A stretch of DNA of 62,431 nt from Candidatus Altiarchaeota archaeon. Its GTDB lineage: Archaea > Altiarchaeota > Altiarchaeia > IMC4 > QMZM01. The notes below the pieces were generated by a model. The model was not told the origin of the DNA. It ran no database searches and saw only the letters and a program-made list of their open reading frames with translations. Where the stretch lies: contig JAFGDV010000015.1 in the NCBI GenBank assembly GCA_016931955.1, positions 1-62,431 of the forward strand, in the 5' to 3' direction. Of the stretch, positions 8,431 to 19,525 are shown in pieces; position 1 is the stretch's first letter, and every line of letters begins with the position of its first letter. Position numbers and translations under genes: made by a program.

Positions 8431-8913
8431 TCAGTTTTTTCTCAGTTCAGGTGGGGCGCTGTTCAGTGGACAGTGCAGGTAGATGCAGCGGCAGCACTCG
8501 TATTTTTTCATAGTCAAGCCGATGATAAGCCAGCCCATAACATAGGCTGCAAGGAGAAGAGGTTGCTGGAGCAGCCAGTATACCGGGAACAAGAGCATTA
8601 TGGCGAGACCCCAGACCACCATGATTCCATCCAATGAATTCAGGGGTCCTGGGCGCGGCCTGAAAAAACGGGGAACACCCCACAGAAACATGCACTCAAC
8701 CCCGCTTTCAGCGTTGATGTAGTGCGGGCAGTGGCTGCAGAAAAACCGATACTCTACGACTAGGAAATGGAAGAGAAAAACAATCAAGTAGACGAAGACC
8801 CAGGTAAGGGAGTCAGATGCGATAGCAAGGCAGGCGGCACCCAAAGGTACCAATGCGAGAAGATTCCAGTAAACACAATCCAACAATGTGTGTTTTTTCT
8901 TCAAGCCACTCAT
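8431..8913 (-). CDS. Membrane protein with CxxC metal motifs
   Basis: 4 TMs, CSHCPHY and CCRCIYLHCPLN. Confidence 0.75.
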   Translation of the reverse strand: MSGLKKKHTLLDCVYWNLLALVPLGAACLAIASDSLTWVFVYLIVFLFHFLVVEYRFFCSHCPHYINAESGVECMFLWGVPRFFRPRPGPLNSLDGIMVVWGLAIMLLFPVYWLLQQPLLLAAYVMGWLIIGLTMKKYECCRCIYLHCPLNSAPPELRKN

Positions 8914-8998
8914 ATGATCCCCTTCATCATGTTGTGTTTCCCACGTAGCTTAATTGATAACAGGGTAATGTTTCTCCAGGATTTCTTAATTGTTTCAT

Positions 8999-9349
8999 TC
9001 ATCCCCCGAACTTTGATGCTATGACATCAGCCAAAATACCGTAGACTATGCCAAATAGCATGAGGAGGGGGGAACCAGCGGCTTCAGTAGGGTTATCTAC
9101 GATCGACGTGATAGCGATGGCGAGGGTGACGAAAAAGCCGATGATTCCGCCCCTGAGGACAGGATGCATTTGGATATGTTCGCTTATCCCGACGATGAAG
9201 CCGATCAACGTCCTATTGTAGACGATGGAAACCAATAAACCCGTGGTAACAATCAGGTTCGGATTATCCAGAGACATGGTTCCAGCGGCACAGAAGAGGC
9301 CGCACAAAAGTCCTATAAAGGTTGCAATTAAAACCCTCTTAGTGTTCAT
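8999..9349 (-). CDS. Small four-TM membrane protein
   Basis: Gly-rich hydrophobic helices. Confidence 0.75.
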   Translation of the reverse strand: MNTKRVLIATFIGLLCGLFCAAGTMSLDNPNLIVTTGLLVSIVYNRTLIGFIVGISEHIQMHPVLRGGIIGFFVTLAIAITSIVDNPTEAAGSPLLMLFGIVYGILADVIASKFGG

Positions 9350-9426
9350 GCTACAATCCCGTAAATATTTGCAATCGGATAAATAAAATAGAGAACTATT
9401 TAACCAAGTAAGTCTATTATTTAGCG

Positions 9427-10395
9427 ATGTATCAGCTGGCGGCGTACAATCAAACGGATTCTGTGGTCAGGGAGATAGAAGACCCCCGGATGGTTTCAGA
9501 GTACCTGAACAAGTACCCTGTTGTCTGGCTGGATATGGCGTCTCCTCCAAGAGGAGACATAGAAGCCCTCGGCAGCATTTTTGGATTCCACAAGCTTGCT
9601 TTAGAAGACTGCCTGCACACCACACAGAGGCCGAAGGTAGACAACTACGGAGAATACTTTTTCCTGATAATAAAGCCGGCCGAATACGTTGAAACCGTCG
9701 AGATAAACCACATGAGCGTCTTCGTGGGGAAAAACTACATAGTGACGGTGAGGAACAAGGAAGACGACCACCTGATAAAGCCCCTCCTGGAGCAGATAAG
9801 GATGAAGACAACAGGGGTGATGAAGAACGGCACAGACTACCTATGTTATCTCCTGGTTGACACGATAGTGGACGCCTATCTGCCCATATTCGACCTCATA
9901 GACGACAAGGTCGAGGAGATCGAGGCCGAGATCATTGAAGGAACCGCCAGGGAAGTGATAGGGAAGATATTCAAGCTGAAGAAAGACCTCCTGTTGTTGA
10001 GGAAGGCTATTTTTCCAACAATGGAGACGGTTGTTTGCATGCAGAGGGGCGGGCTCCCCAACATGGAAGACAAAACAATCGTCTACTTCAGCGACGTCTA
10101 CGACCACGTAGTGGAAGTCGTCGATCTGCTGGAGACAAGCAGGGAGTTGGTAAGCGGGGCCCTCGACATACACATGTCAAAGACCCAGAACGCGATAAAC
10201 GAGGTGGCGAAGATATTCGCCATGCTAGCCATCATACTCATGTGGCCCTCAGTGATCGGCGCAATATATGGGATGAACTTCCCCGATATGCCTGAATACC
10301 ATTGGGGCATATATGGTTACGCATTCGCCCTAAGCCTGATGGCGGTTATGATGGTTGTAACAGTAGTTTACTTCAAGAAGAGAGGATGGGTGTAG
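9427..10395 (+). CDS. corA: Magnesium/cobalt transporter CorA
   Basis: YGMNF signature, MPE loop, HTTQRPKVD. Confidence 0.95.
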   Translation: MYQLAAYNQTDSVVREIEDPRMVSEYLNKYPVVWLDMASPPRGDIEALGSIFGFHKLALEDCLHTTQRPKVDNYGEYFFLIIKPAEYVETVEINHMSVFVGKNYIVTVRNKEDDHLIKPLLEQIRMKTTGVMKNGTDYLCYLLVDTIVDAYLPIFDLIDDKVEEIEAEIIEGTAREVIGKIFKLKKDLLLLRKAIFPTMETVVCMQRGGLPNMEDKTIVYFSDVYDHVVEVVDLLETSRELVSGALDIHMSKTQNAINEVAKIFAMLAIILMWPSVIGAIYGMNFPDMPEYHWGIYGYAFALSLMAVMMVVTVVYFKKRGWV

Positions 10396-10468
10396 TAAAA
10401 TCCTTAAGAAGTAATCTACTGCTTGTTGGTTCTTCTTATTTATCCCTCCCGAAGAAAAAATATGTACC

Positions 10469-11737
10469 ATGAGAAGGTTTTTGTTGTCTGCTGTAGTGGT
10501 TCTAGTGTTCATGGGTGTATGCTCTGCGCAGGGTTTCGGCGATTTAATGGATGATTTGTCCCTCCAGCTTGATTTCCCAGAAAACAAAACTATAGAGGAC
10601 CTGCATGTCCAAGTTTACATAGTACAAGGAAGCAGGCTCAGCGTGTTGGAAAGAATGATATGTGATCTACTGATGTCTGATGCATCCTCCCTGCAGTCAA
10701 CTGCGGTCATCGTTTCCGGGGAGAACAGGACCATCTGGGAGATAAAGATGAGCAAAAAAACGATGGCAGACAATGAAACAAACCTGGGGGAACTGATGGA
10801 GGGATCCACGCTGGTAGTCCTCGTCGGGGGCCGAGACCGTAACAGGATCACGGACGAGGTGTACGATTCAGGCTACATAGTGAATGAATCAACAAGATAC
10901 ATGGGGTTGCTGTTAACGGGCAAAGGCAGACTTGACAACGATTCATCAGTGATCGTCTTCTACCAAAAAACCACGGAGAAGCTTGAAAGGAATGCAGTGA
11001 AAAACTCACCCCTCAAGGAATTCATGCCCGAGGAATATGTGCCCATCGCAGCCACAGCCATAGGCGCGATCCTGATGAGTGCCTCAAGGATAATTGAAGC
11101 GGTGCTGGAGTTCCTATCCATGCACAAGGGTAAGAGAAAAGCCGTTTTCGGCTACACCGGTCCGAGGATTATGGGGGTCTACCTGAAGGAGGTGGTTGCG
11201 ATAATTGCAGCAGCTTTTATCCTGGGTTTCTCGATTACCTGGACCTTCACAGGCTTAAGCTGGGGCTTCTTCGACCTGTTCTTGCTGAATATGGCAGTAT
11301 GTTTGTTCGCGACCGTAGCTCACGAGCTAAGCCACCGGGTGACTGGGAAATACTGTGGTGTAAAAATAGAATACAGGCTGTGGTATACTGGGTCTGTGAT
11401 AACTATCCTGTCAGCATTCTTGGGCAGCTCTTTTGGTGTGCCGGGCTTCCTGTTGGAAAAAATGGGAGACTGTGCGAGCAAATGTAGGCATGCACTCACC
11501 AGACTAGCCTCCCCGATGGTGGCGATAATCACAGCAATGGTGTTCTACTACCTCCACATAAAGGATTCGTCGACAATATTCCAGATGATATATGTAACAG
11601 CGAGCATACGCGCCATGGCAGAGATAATACCCATCAAGGGATTAGACGGCTACTACGTCAAGGATTGGAGTCCAGCCATATGGTCCATCTCCTTCATCTT
11701 CATATCCTTGGCTTTCTTCGCAGTAAACTTCATATGA
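10469..11737 (+). CDS. Secreted domain fused to M50-like membrane metalloprotease
   Basis: Signal peptide; HELSH within TM region; EIIPIKGLDG variant of NxxPxxxxDG. Confidence 0.7.
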   Translation: MRRFLLSAVVVLVFMGVCSAQGFGDLMDDLSLQLDFPENKTIEDLHVQVYIVQGSRLSVLERMICDLLMSDASSLQSTAVIVSGENRTIWEIKMSKKTMADNETNLGELMEGSTLVVLVGGRDRNRITDEVYDSGYIVNESTRYMGLLLTGKGRLDNDSSVIVFYQKTTEKLERNAVKNSPLKEFMPEEYVPIAATAIGAILMSASRIIEAVLEFLSMHKGKRKAVFGYTGPRIMGVYLKEVVAIIAAAFILGFSITWTFTGLSWGFFDLFLLNMAVCLFATVAHELSHRVTGKYCGVKIEYRLWYTGSVITILSAFLGSSFGVPGFLLEKMGDCASKCRHALTRLASPMVAIITAMVFYYLHIKDSSTIFQMIYVTASIRAMAEIIPIKGLDGYYVKDWSPAIWSISFIFISLAFFAVNFI

Positions 11738-11777
11738 ATAATTTATCTTCTCTCCGTCTGAAGATATAACAGTCGGG

Positions 11778-12401
11778 GTGTTTGCGTTGTTGTATGATGG
11801 ATTCAGGTTGGGTGTTCTGCTCGACCCGTCCATGTTGGTTGGGGAGAGAAGCTTCAAGGCCGTGATGGAGTACGTGGACCAGAGGAATCTTCGCGGCTAT
11901 GGATACAGCTTCTATATACCTGAGAGGTTCATGCAACTCTTGGAAGAGGAAAGCAGGGAGATGATGTTCTTCATAGACAAGGCTAAATCGATCAACATCA
12001 GCCACCTCAGAGACGTCGCAAACATACTCAGGAAAAAGCAGGCGATCCAGGCCTACAGCGCCCAAGGGGATGAGGCCGAGAAATACGCCACCTTCCACGG
12101 AAACCTGCTCAGGGAGACAGGGAACAAGGAGATCACTGAGATACTGTTCCAGGAGTGGGTCTTCCTCCAGGAAAACAACCTAATGGTTTCGAGGATCAAG
12201 AAACCCTTCACGTACTTCCTCAGGGCGGGAGCGACGGGGATAGAATACAAAACAGAAACAGAAGCGGAGGAACACATCCAAGGACTAAAGAAGCTGGCGA
12301 AGTGGACGGCGTTGGCTGGAAAGCCGACGAAGAAACTCACCGAGCAACTGGAAAACGCTATAAGAGGAGAGGGATTCTTCCTATTGACTGGATCAGAGTG
12401 A
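11778..12401 (+). CDS. Hypothetical protein (possibly PIN-like N-terminus)
   Basis: 207-aa ORF; VLLDPS beta-strand motif. Confidence 0.6.
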   Translation: MFALLYDGFRLGVLLDPSMLVGERSFKAVMEYVDQRNLRGYGYSFYIPERFMQLLEEESREMMFFIDKAKSINISHLRDVANILRKKQAIQAYSAQGDEAEKYATFHGNLLRETGNKEITEILFQEWVFLQENNLMVSRIKKPFTYFLRAGATGIEYKTETEAEEHIQGLKKLAKWTALAGKPTKKLTEQLENAIRGEGFFLLTGSE

Positions 12402-12406
12402 AGAAG

Positions 12407-13453
12407 ATGAAAGACAGGAAGAAACTGAAGCTGGTTATGTTTTTCACATTAATCTCGTCGTTGCTTATAACCTACGTTGTAGTATCATTCATTGGATCGC
12501 TGTTGAGTCTGCCTTTGACTTGGAAGCTGACGCTCTTCGCATTCTTCGTATTGCTGCAGTGGTTTATGGCTCCAAGTGTAGTGAAGGGCAGCCTCAGGTT
12601 CAGGTACCTTGAGAAGGATGAATTGCCTTGGCTTGATTCATTGGTCGAAGGACTGTCAAAGAAGGCTGGGGTCCGTAAGCCTAGGATTGCTCTGCTGTCA
12701 AGCGATGAACCGAATGCTTTCGTCTACGGCAGAACGCCCGGGAGTTCCAACCTGGTGCTGCATACTGGATTGATAGAGAGTCTGAGCAGTGAGGAACTGA
12801 AGGCTGTGGTAGCCCATGAACTGGGGCACATAAAGAGATACGATTGCTCCATTATGACGCTGGCATCCATGGGACCCATCATCCTGCAAAACCTGTCGCA
12901 TTCATTCTTTCACTCAGCCGAGGAATCACTGGACGGCAAAGCAACCAGCGCAGTCTTCGCTGCCATATTCTATCTTATCGCGATAGTGTTCCAACTGGCA
13001 TACTTCCTAACAAACCTGTTCCTTCTGTGGCTGAGCAGGCTCAGAGAGTACCTTGCAGACGAGTTCTCAGCCGAGCTGACGAAGGCGCACGACATGGAGA
13101 CTGCGCTGGCGAAGATAACCTACGGACTGGCGTTGGAGGAGGACATGGTCAATCCATTGAGGGTGTTCTGCATAGAAGACCAGGTGTTCGCGAGAAAGGA
13201 GATATACCGAGTCCTGGAAGACAAGGAAAAATACGACTTGGACGGGAACGGGGTGCTGGATAAACACGAAATGGAGGCGGCGTTGACCAAGGAATACGAC
13301 CTGAACCAGGATGGGAGACTGGATGGACACGAGCTGCAGCTGGCCATGAAAAAACAGGCGAGGGGGGTCTTCCATAGGATAGATGAGATGATGTCGACGC
13401 ATCCGCCGACCTACAGGAGGATAGAGGAACTGGGCAGGTCGGGAAAAGCCTAA
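12407..13453 (+). CDS. htpX: M48 zinc metalloprotease HtpX with EF-hand-like insert
   Basis: PNAF, HELGH, SRLREYLAD, STHPP; likely start ATG 12407. Confidence 0.9.
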   Translation: MKDRKKLKLVMFFTLISSLLITYVVVSFIGSLLSLPLTWKLTLFAFFVLLQWFMAPSVVKGSLRFRYLEKDELPWLDSLVEGLSKKAGVRKPRIALLSSDEPNAFVYGRTPGSSNLVLHTGLIESLSSEELKAVVAHELGHIKRYDCSIMTLASMGPIILQNLSHSFFHSAEESLDGKATSAVFAAIFYLIAIVFQLAYFLTNLFLLWLSRLREYLADEFSAELTKAHDMETALAKITYGLALEEDMVNPLRVFCIEDQVFARKEIYRVLEDKEKYDLDGNGVLDKHEMEAALTKEYDLNQDGRLDGHELQLAMKKQARGVFHRIDEMMSTHPPTYRRIEELGRSGKA

Positions 13454-14433
13454 CTCTTGGTCTTCTTCTTTGATTTAGTGCGGTCTCGGTAGTATTGGAG
13501 GGGATGCTTTACATTACATTCTGAGACGCAGAAGCCATACGATTTGATCTTTTCGCAGACTGGGCAGCTGTACTTTGTGGAGCCCTTCTCGCCTGAGAGG
13601 AAGCTTAGTTGGTAGCGGGTTTTTTCTTCGTCGAATTTCGGGGACACCGAAAAAACCCTTACGACGTCATCCACCTTCAAGCCGAGGCCGATGAAGAATG
13701 TTCCCAGGATGAACATGACCTGATGGGATGCGCTCCCGGACTCGAGGGAGGATAGCATCCTTAGGACACATGGGGGTAATGCTGTGTTGTCAAGCTCCTT
13801 GAATCCCACCCTGGGTGTTGGGCCGACTGCAGAATCCGTTAACTGCTTAGCCATCGCCTTGAATTCTCCAGGAAAACTCTTGACTTCAACCGGCTCCATG
13901 ATCCTGTGTTTTATGGCTTCCCTCAATAATACGAGGACTTCAACCCTCTTAGACACTCTTACGACGCCGTTATCCATCACCCTGTTCACGAGCTTCCATC
14001 TGGGATCAGAGGTCAGGTCCTTCGTAAGCTTGAGGAAGCTGGAGAAAACCATTCCCTCATCGATGAGGGGGAAATCCAGGTCCTCTTTCACTGCCTGAAT
14101 TACTGAGTCGGGTTCCCTTCTGAGGAGAAGATGGGCGTGCTGTGCCTCAGCCTTTGCATACCTTGAGATCAGTATCTTGTTCGAGGAGGCGTTCACTACG
14201 ATCCGGGCGATCGCGTAGGATAGGATCGTCAGCTCCTGAGAGAGGCGGTCTGATAGGTTAGTCTCTATCCTACCTCCCAAGGCATCAGAGACCCTTTTTC
14301 TCCCCAGATCCACGGCGGAGGAATACACTGGATGATTCAGCAGCTGCTCCAATGTCAGGTTGAGGGAGGAAACATGGTTCTTCGCTTCCCGGAGGAACGG
14401 ATACTTAGCCAGGGTCTTCAGGTCAGATTCCAT
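13450..14433 (-). CDS. priL: DNA primase large subunit
   Basis: LAKYPFL, WKLVNR, PPC, TRYQ, YSCPVC Fe-S domain, HPLQYY. Confidence 0.92.
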   Translation of the reverse strand: MESDLKTLAKYPFLREAKNHVSSLNLTLEQLLNHPVYSSAVDLGRKRVSDALGGRIETNLSDRLSQELTILSYAIARIVVNASSNKILISRYAKAEAQHAHLLLRREPDSVIQAVKEDLDFPLIDEGMVFSSFLKLTKDLTSDPRWKLVNRVMDNGVVRVSKRVEVLVLLREAIKHRIMEPVEVKSFPGEFKAMAKQLTDSAVGPTPRVGFKELDNTALPPCVLRMLSSLESGSASHQVMFILGTFFIGLGLKVDDVVRVFSVSPKFDEEKTRYQLSFLSGEKGSTKYSCPVCEKIKSYGFCVSECNVKHPLQYYRDRTKSKKKTKS

Positions 14434-14499
14434 ATATAAGGATTTAAGAAAACACTGATATATCCCAATTTTTTAGCATTTAAACCTATAGTTAATTTC

Positions 14500-14961
14500 A
14501 TGGAAAGCCGGCGCAGGACGAAGAAGCAGCTGGAATCCGAGTTAAAGGAGCGGGGGGAGGAGATTCTGAGACTGAAGGCGGAATTCGAGAACTACAGGAA
14601 ACACCTGGACCGGGAGAGGGAAGCCTTCATCAAGGTAGCCAATGAACAGCTTATAAGGCAGCTTCTGGAGGTGTTGGACAACTTCGAGCGCGCCCTTCCG
14701 CTGATAAAGGACGAGAAAGCCATCGAAGGCATCACCATGATCCATAAGCAATTCAAGAAGGTGCTTGAAGACGCCGGCCTCAGGAGGATCGAGTCCTTGG
14801 GGAGAAGATTCGATCCCTACTACCATGAAGTGCTGCTGCAGGAGGAATCCAAGGAAGAGGACGATATCATAGTGGAGGAACTGCAGCCTGGCTATATGCT
14901 GAAGGACAAGGTCATCAGGCACGCAAAGGTAAAGATTGCAAAAAACATGAAGGGTGATTGA
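14500..14961 (+). CDS. grpE: Nucleotide exchange factor GrpE
   Basis: [33 protein letters not shown]. Confidence 0.97.
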   Translation: MESRRRTKKQLESELKERGEEILRLKAEFENYRKHLDREREAFIKVANEQLIRQLLEVLDNFERALPLIKDEKAIEGITMIHKQFKKVLEDAGLRRIESLGRRFDPYYHEVLLQEESKEEDDIIVEELQPGYMLKDKVIRHAKVKIAKNMKGD

Positions 14962-14963
14962 AT

Positions 14964-16838
14964 ATGGCAGACAAAAGAGAGAAGATTATCGGGATTGATT
15001 TGGGGACGAGCAACTCGCAGGCGGCGGTGATCTTAGGTGGAAAACCTACAATCATCCCGTCAGCTGAGGGCGCGACTTACGCCGGGAAGATGTTTCCTTC
15101 CGTCGTAGCTTTCACGAAGGATGGGCAGGTTCTTGTAGGGGAGCCGGCTAGGAGGCAGGCTGTGTCTAATCCAGATGGAACGATTACGGCAGCCAAGAGG
15201 AAGATGGGGGCGAAACACAAATACAAGGTGTATGGGAAGGAATACACGCCGCAGCAGATCTCAGCCTATATCCTGCAGAAGATCAAGACGGATTCTGACG
15301 CCTTTTTAGGGGAGCCTGTGAAGAAGGCCGTCATTACGGTGCCTGCCTACTTCAACGACAACCAGAGGACTGCGACAAAGGATGCTGGGACCATAGCAGG
15401 ATTGGAAGTTGTCAGGATCATCAATGAGCCGACTGCGGCGGCATTAGCATACGGCTTAGACAGGAATGAAGGAGAACACAACATCATGGTGTTCGACTTC
15501 GGCGCAGGAACACTGGATGTGACCATAATGGAGTTCGGGGAAGGCGTCTTCGAGGTTGTCTCAACTTCAGGAGACACACAGTTGGGTGGGAGAGACATGG
15601 ACGAAGCCGTTGTAAACTGGCTCGTCGAAGAATTCAGGAAAGACACTGGAATAGATCTGTCAAAGGACAGGATGGCCACTCAGAGGGTAAGGGAGGCGGC
15701 CGAGAAGGCAAAGATCGAGCTCTCCACCGTCTTGGAGACGGAGATAAATCTTCCATACATTACCGCAGACCAGACGGGGCCGAAACACCTAACGCAGAAG
15801 ATTCAGAGATCGAAACTGGAGGAACTCGTCGGGTCTATAGTGAAGAGATGCAGGGCTCCGACGGAGCAGGCGGTAAAGGACGCTAAACTGAAGCCAGAAG
15901 ACGTGACGAAGATAATCCTAGTAGGCGGGCCGACCAGGATGCCCATAGTAAAGAAGTTCATTGAAGACTTCACAGGCAAGAAAGCGGAAAGGGGAGTGGA
16001 TCCAATGGAATGCGTCGCGATGGGTGCCGCAATACAGGGGGGAGTGCTTGCAGGAGAAGTGAAGGACATAGTCCTGTTGGATGTTACGCCCCTCACGCTG
16101 GGTGTGGAGACACTGGGCGGGGTTGCAACTGCCTTGATTGAGAGGAACACGACCATCCCCACGAAGAAGAGCCAGATATTCACCACAGCGGCGGACATGC
16201 AGACAACTGTTACGATACATGTAGTCCAGGGGGAGAGGCCGATGTCAGCCGACAACACCTCATTGGGGATGTTCAATCTAACGGGGATTCCGCCGGCTCC
16301 GAGAGGGATACCCCAGATTGAGGTGGCATTCGACATTGATGCGAATGGTATACTCAACGTTTCGGCGAAGGACCTAGGCACGGGAAGAGAGCAGAGGATA
16401 ACCATCACCGCTTCCACTAAGCTGTCAAAGGACGAGATAAGCAAGATGGTGGGCGAAGCGGAGAAGCACGCTGAAGAAGACAGGAAGAGGAAGGACGAGA
16501 TAGAGATCAGAAACAACGCTGATGGATTGGTATACAATACTGAGAAGGTGCTCGCAGAGTTCGGAGACAAAGTCACCAGCGAACAGAAGAAGCAGATAGA
16601 GGATGTAAAGAACTCCTTGAAGAAGGCGCTTGAAGGGGAAGACATCGACGAGATAAAGAAGAAGACAGAGGAGCTGACGAAGGCTGTTCAGGTGATAGGC
16701 ACTCAGGTCTATCAGCAGGCCCAGGCCGCCCAATCAGCGCAGGCATCAGGGGCAGGGGAAGAAGAGAAGAAAGAGAGGAAGAAAGACGAGGACGTGGTTG
16801 ATGCGGAGTACAAGGTAGAGGAAGAAGAGAAGAAGTAG
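14964..16838 (+). CDS. dnaK: Chaperone DnaK
   Basis: [30 protein letters not shown]. Confidence 0.99.
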   Translation: MADKREKIIGIDLGTSNSQAAVILGGKPTIIPSAEGATYAGKMFPSVVAFTKDGQVLVGEPARRQAVSNPDGTITAAKRKMGAKHKYKVYGKEYTPQQISAYILQKIKTDSDAFLGEPVKKAVITVPAYFNDNQRTATKDAGTIAGLEVVRIINEPTAAALAYGLDRNEGEHNIMVFDFGAGTLDVTIMEFGEGVFEVVSTSGDTQLGGRDMDEAVVNWLVEEFRKDTGIDLSKDRMATQRVREAAEKAKIELSTVLETEINLPYITADQTGPKHLTQKIQRSKLEELVGSIVKRCRAPTEQAVKDAKLKPEDVTKIILVGGPTRMPIVKKFIEDFTGKKAERGVDPMECVAMGAAIQGGVLAGEVKDIVLLDVTPLTLGVETLGGVATALIERNTTIPTKKSQIFTTAADMQTTVTIHVVQGERPMSADNTSLGMFNLTGIPPAPRGIPQIEVAFDIDANGILNVSAKDLGTGREQRITITASTKLSKDEISKMVGEAEKHAEEDRKRKDEIEIRNNADGLVYNTEKVLAEFGDKVTSEQKKQIEDVKNSLKKALEGEDIDEIKKKTEELTKAVQVIGTQVYQQAQAAQSAQASGAGEEEKKERKKDEDVVDAEYKVEEEEKK

Positions 16839-16843
16839 TAGAC

Positions 16844-18094
16844 ATGAAAAAAGACCTGTTTGAGCTGTCTGTCGTCGAAGGCGGCAGATACTCGAATCTC
16901 CTTGTCAAGAAACCCGATTACAGCGAACTGGTGACCTTCGCCTGGTGCAAGAAGAATCCTGTCTATAATTGGTTCTACTACAAGGAGGGCTACTCAGGCG
17001 GCCTGGTATGGGATCTGCTGGGCAGGTTGGGGATAGGTGAAGGTTCTAAGGTCCTGGACCCGTTCTGCGGCACAGGGAACACGCTGCTGGCGTGCAAACA
17101 GAAGGGCTATGATGCCATAGGCTTTGATATCCTCCCGTTGGGTGTGTTCGTTTCCAACACGAAATTACAGCAGGACTACGACATGGACCTGCTGTATGAG
17201 AGTGTAAGGGAGATAACGGCTGCGAAGTTCGGGGAAACAGAGCTGAGGTGGCCTGACCTAGACTTCATAGACATAAAGAAGGCGTTCTCTGCCTATGCGC
17301 GAAAGGATCTGCTATTCTTCAAGGAACAGATCTTGGGGATAGAGGACGATAAGATAAGGAACTTCATGTTTCTGGCGTTGCTTAGCGTAGTCATACCTGT
17401 GAGCAACGTGAAGAGGGACGGCGGTGTGTTGAGGATCACGAAGAAGGAGCATCATCCACCTGTGAGGCATCTATTCAGGAACAAACTGAAGAGGATGTAT
17501 AAGGACCTTAAGAGGATGAAGCCCTTTCCTCCTGGGGTGTTCGCTGAGGCGCGTATTGGGGATTCTCGGTCGCTGCCTCTGGAACCGGAATCTATTGACT
17601 TATGCATAACCTCTCCGCCGTACCTTAACTGGGTTGATTACACCAAGATCTATGGGCTTGAATTAGCGCTTCTGGTGGATTCCTCAGAAGAGTTGAGGTC
17701 CCTCAGAAGGAAGTCCTTCAGGTCTCATGTAGGCGCGGATGATAGAAGGAGGATCGATTTTAGATCGGAGAAGGTGAAGGAGGTAATGGAGAACGTCTCT
17801 GAGAGCACCTTCGTGAGGAAGCCAGGGATAGTAGAGGGCTACTTCGAGGACATGTATATGTCATTGGGTTCAATCTTCAGTGCATTGAGGGATGGTGGGA
17901 AAGCAGCCTTGGTGGTGGGCAACGTCTGTCTTCCAGGCATTACGGTAGACACGGACCTTATTGTTGCTGAACTGGGGGAGCAGATAGGTTTCACGCTCGA
18001 GGAGATACTTGTAGCGAACGTTAGATGGTGTGACGTCCACGGCATCAGAAAAGAGCGCCCTGTGAGGGAGAGCGTCGTCATCCTGGAGAAGTAA
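16844..18094 (+). CDS. Amino (likely N4-cytosine) DNA methyltransferase, orphan
   Basis: Motif I LDPFCGTG followed by motif IV TSPPY; N-terminal WFYYKEGYS. Confidence 0.85.
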   Translation: MKKDLFELSVVEGGRYSNLLVKKPDYSELVTFAWCKKNPVYNWFYYKEGYSGGLVWDLLGRLGIGEGSKVLDPFCGTGNTLLACKQKGYDAIGFDILPLGVFVSNTKLQQDYDMDLLYESVREITAAKFGETELRWPDLDFIDIKKAFSAYARKDLLFFKEQILGIEDDKIRNFMFLALLSVVIPVSNVKRDGGVLRITKKEHHPPVRHLFRNKLKRMYKDLKRMKPFPPGVFAEARIGDSRSLPLEPESIDLCITSPPYLNWVDYTKIYGLELALLVDSSEELRSLRRKSFRSHVGADDRRRIDFRSEKVKEVMENVSESTFVRKPGIVEGYFEDMYMSLGSIFSALRDGGKAALVVGNVCLPGITVDTDLIVAELGEQIGFTLEEILVANVRWCDVHGIRKERPVRESVVILEK

Positions 18095-18136
18095 TCTTTA
18101 TACCCCCTGATGTCATATAGTTATTAATCTCATAAG

Positions 18137-19279
18137 ATGGCGAAGCGCGACTACTACGAGGTTCTTGGCATTGGAAAGGATGCTAGCGAACAGGAGATAA
18201 AGAGGGCATACAGGAAGCTGGCGAAGAAATACCACCCCGACGTGAACAAGGGAGAAGGTGCTGAGGATAAGTTCAAGGAGGTCTCTGAGGCATATGAGGT
18301 TCTCATAGACCCTGAGAAGAGGGCGAATTACAATCGCTTCGGTCACGCCGGCGCTGAGAGCATCTTTGGTCGTGAAGGCTTCAAGTGGTCGGATTTCACA
18401 CACTTCTCGGACATAGAGGATCTCTTCGACAGGGACTTCTTTGGCAGGGACATATTTGACGTTTTCTTCCGGGGCTTCAGGGAGCAGCCTAGGAGGGGTC
18501 CGGTCCAAGGCAACGATTTGAGGTACGACTTGAACATAAGCCTGGAGGACGCAGCCAATGGTTTAAACACGGAAATACACGTGCCGCGCACGGAGACGTG
18601 TCCCACCTGCGATGGTCTGGGGGCTAAATCGAATTCCGACGTGAAGACCTGTTCATTGTGTAATGGAAGTGGCCAGGAGAAGAAGGAGAGGATCACACCA
18701 TTTGGGAAATTCGTCAGCGTCACCACGTGCAGTGGATGCAACGGCAGCGGAAGGATCATCGAGAAACCCTGCCCGGAGTGCAGAGGCACCGGGAAGATAA
18801 GGCGGATGAGGAAGATCTCGGTCAAGATACCGAGGGGGGTCGATACTGGATCCCGTTTAAGGATCACCGGGGAAGGGGATGCGGGACTGAGGGGTGGTCC
18901 GTCAGGGGATCTGTACATAATAATGCACGTAGTGCCTCATGAGTTCTTCCAGAGGGACGGGGATGACGTCTACTGCGACATTCCTGTGACGTTCTCTCAG
19001 ACAGCCCTAGGTTCAGAGATTGAAGTCCCCACGTTGAAGTCTAAGGTCCGGCTGAAGATCCCCCAAGGAACACAGAGCGGCACGTTGTTCAGGCTTAGGG
19101 ATGAGGGCATGCCCAAGCTTCGTGGAAGCGGCCGCGGAGACCAGTATGTGAGGGTGAGGGTCGTGACTCCTAAGAAGTTAAGCAAAAGACAGAGGGAGCT
19201 TCTTGAGGAGTTGTCTGAAACGGAGGAGCTGGAGGAGAATGATTTCCTGAAGAGGTTCAGGAATCAGGTGATACGGTAG
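18137..19279 (+). CDS. dnaJ: Chaperone DnaJ
   Basis: J domain HPD and four CxxCxGxG repeats. Confidence 0.98.
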   Translation: MAKRDYYEVLGIGKDASEQEIKRAYRKLAKKYHPDVNKGEGAEDKFKEVSEAYEVLIDPEKRANYNRFGHAGAESIFGREGFKWSDFTHFSDIEDLFDRDFFGRDIFDVFFRGFREQPRRGPVQGNDLRYDLNISLEDAANGLNTEIHVPRTETCPTCDGLGAKSNSDVKTCSLCNGSGQEKKERITPFGKFVSVTTCSGCNGSGRIIEKPCPECRGTGKIRRMRKISVKIPRGVDTGSRLRITGEGDAGLRGGPSGDLYIIMHVVPHEFFQRDGDDVYCDIPVTFSQTALGSEIEVPTLKSKVRLKIPQGTQSGTLFRLRDEGMPKLRGSGRGDQYVRVRVVTPKKLSKRQRELLEELSETEELEENDFLKRFRNQVIR

Positions 19280-19321
19280 GCGGCTTTTTATTAGCAGAAA
19301 CCTTAATAGATAATCGCTAAA

Positions 19322-19525
19322 ATGTATTCTGCCTGGGATAAGAAGGAAAAGAAAAAGGAAAGCGTCCTTTCGAAGTACGCTAAGCACTTGGGCATCAGCG
19401 CAGTTGTCTTGGCGGCGCTCATGGTTATAATAGTGATCCTTGTCGTCTGGTGGTTCTACGGTTACCACTACGTTATCGTCTTGAAGGAGGAGATGGCCTT
19501 AACAGCGGTTAACTCTACGTTGTAG
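19322..19525 (+). CDS. Small single-TM protein
   Basis: Basic N-terminus followed by a long hydrophobic helix. Confidence 0.55.
   Translation: MYSAWDKKEKKKESVLSKYAKHLGISAVVLAALMVIIVILVVWWFYGYHYVIVLKEEMALTAVNSTL

Noticed and set aside
12155-12406. N-terminal extensions of htpX (and of top6A at 30439-30531)
   Set aside because: They overlap upstream genes; downstream ATGs fit the families better
15803-16645. Long antisense ORFs (also 30876-31880 and 45906-46514)
   Set aside because: Shadows of conserved genes with Ser/Phe-rich antisense composition
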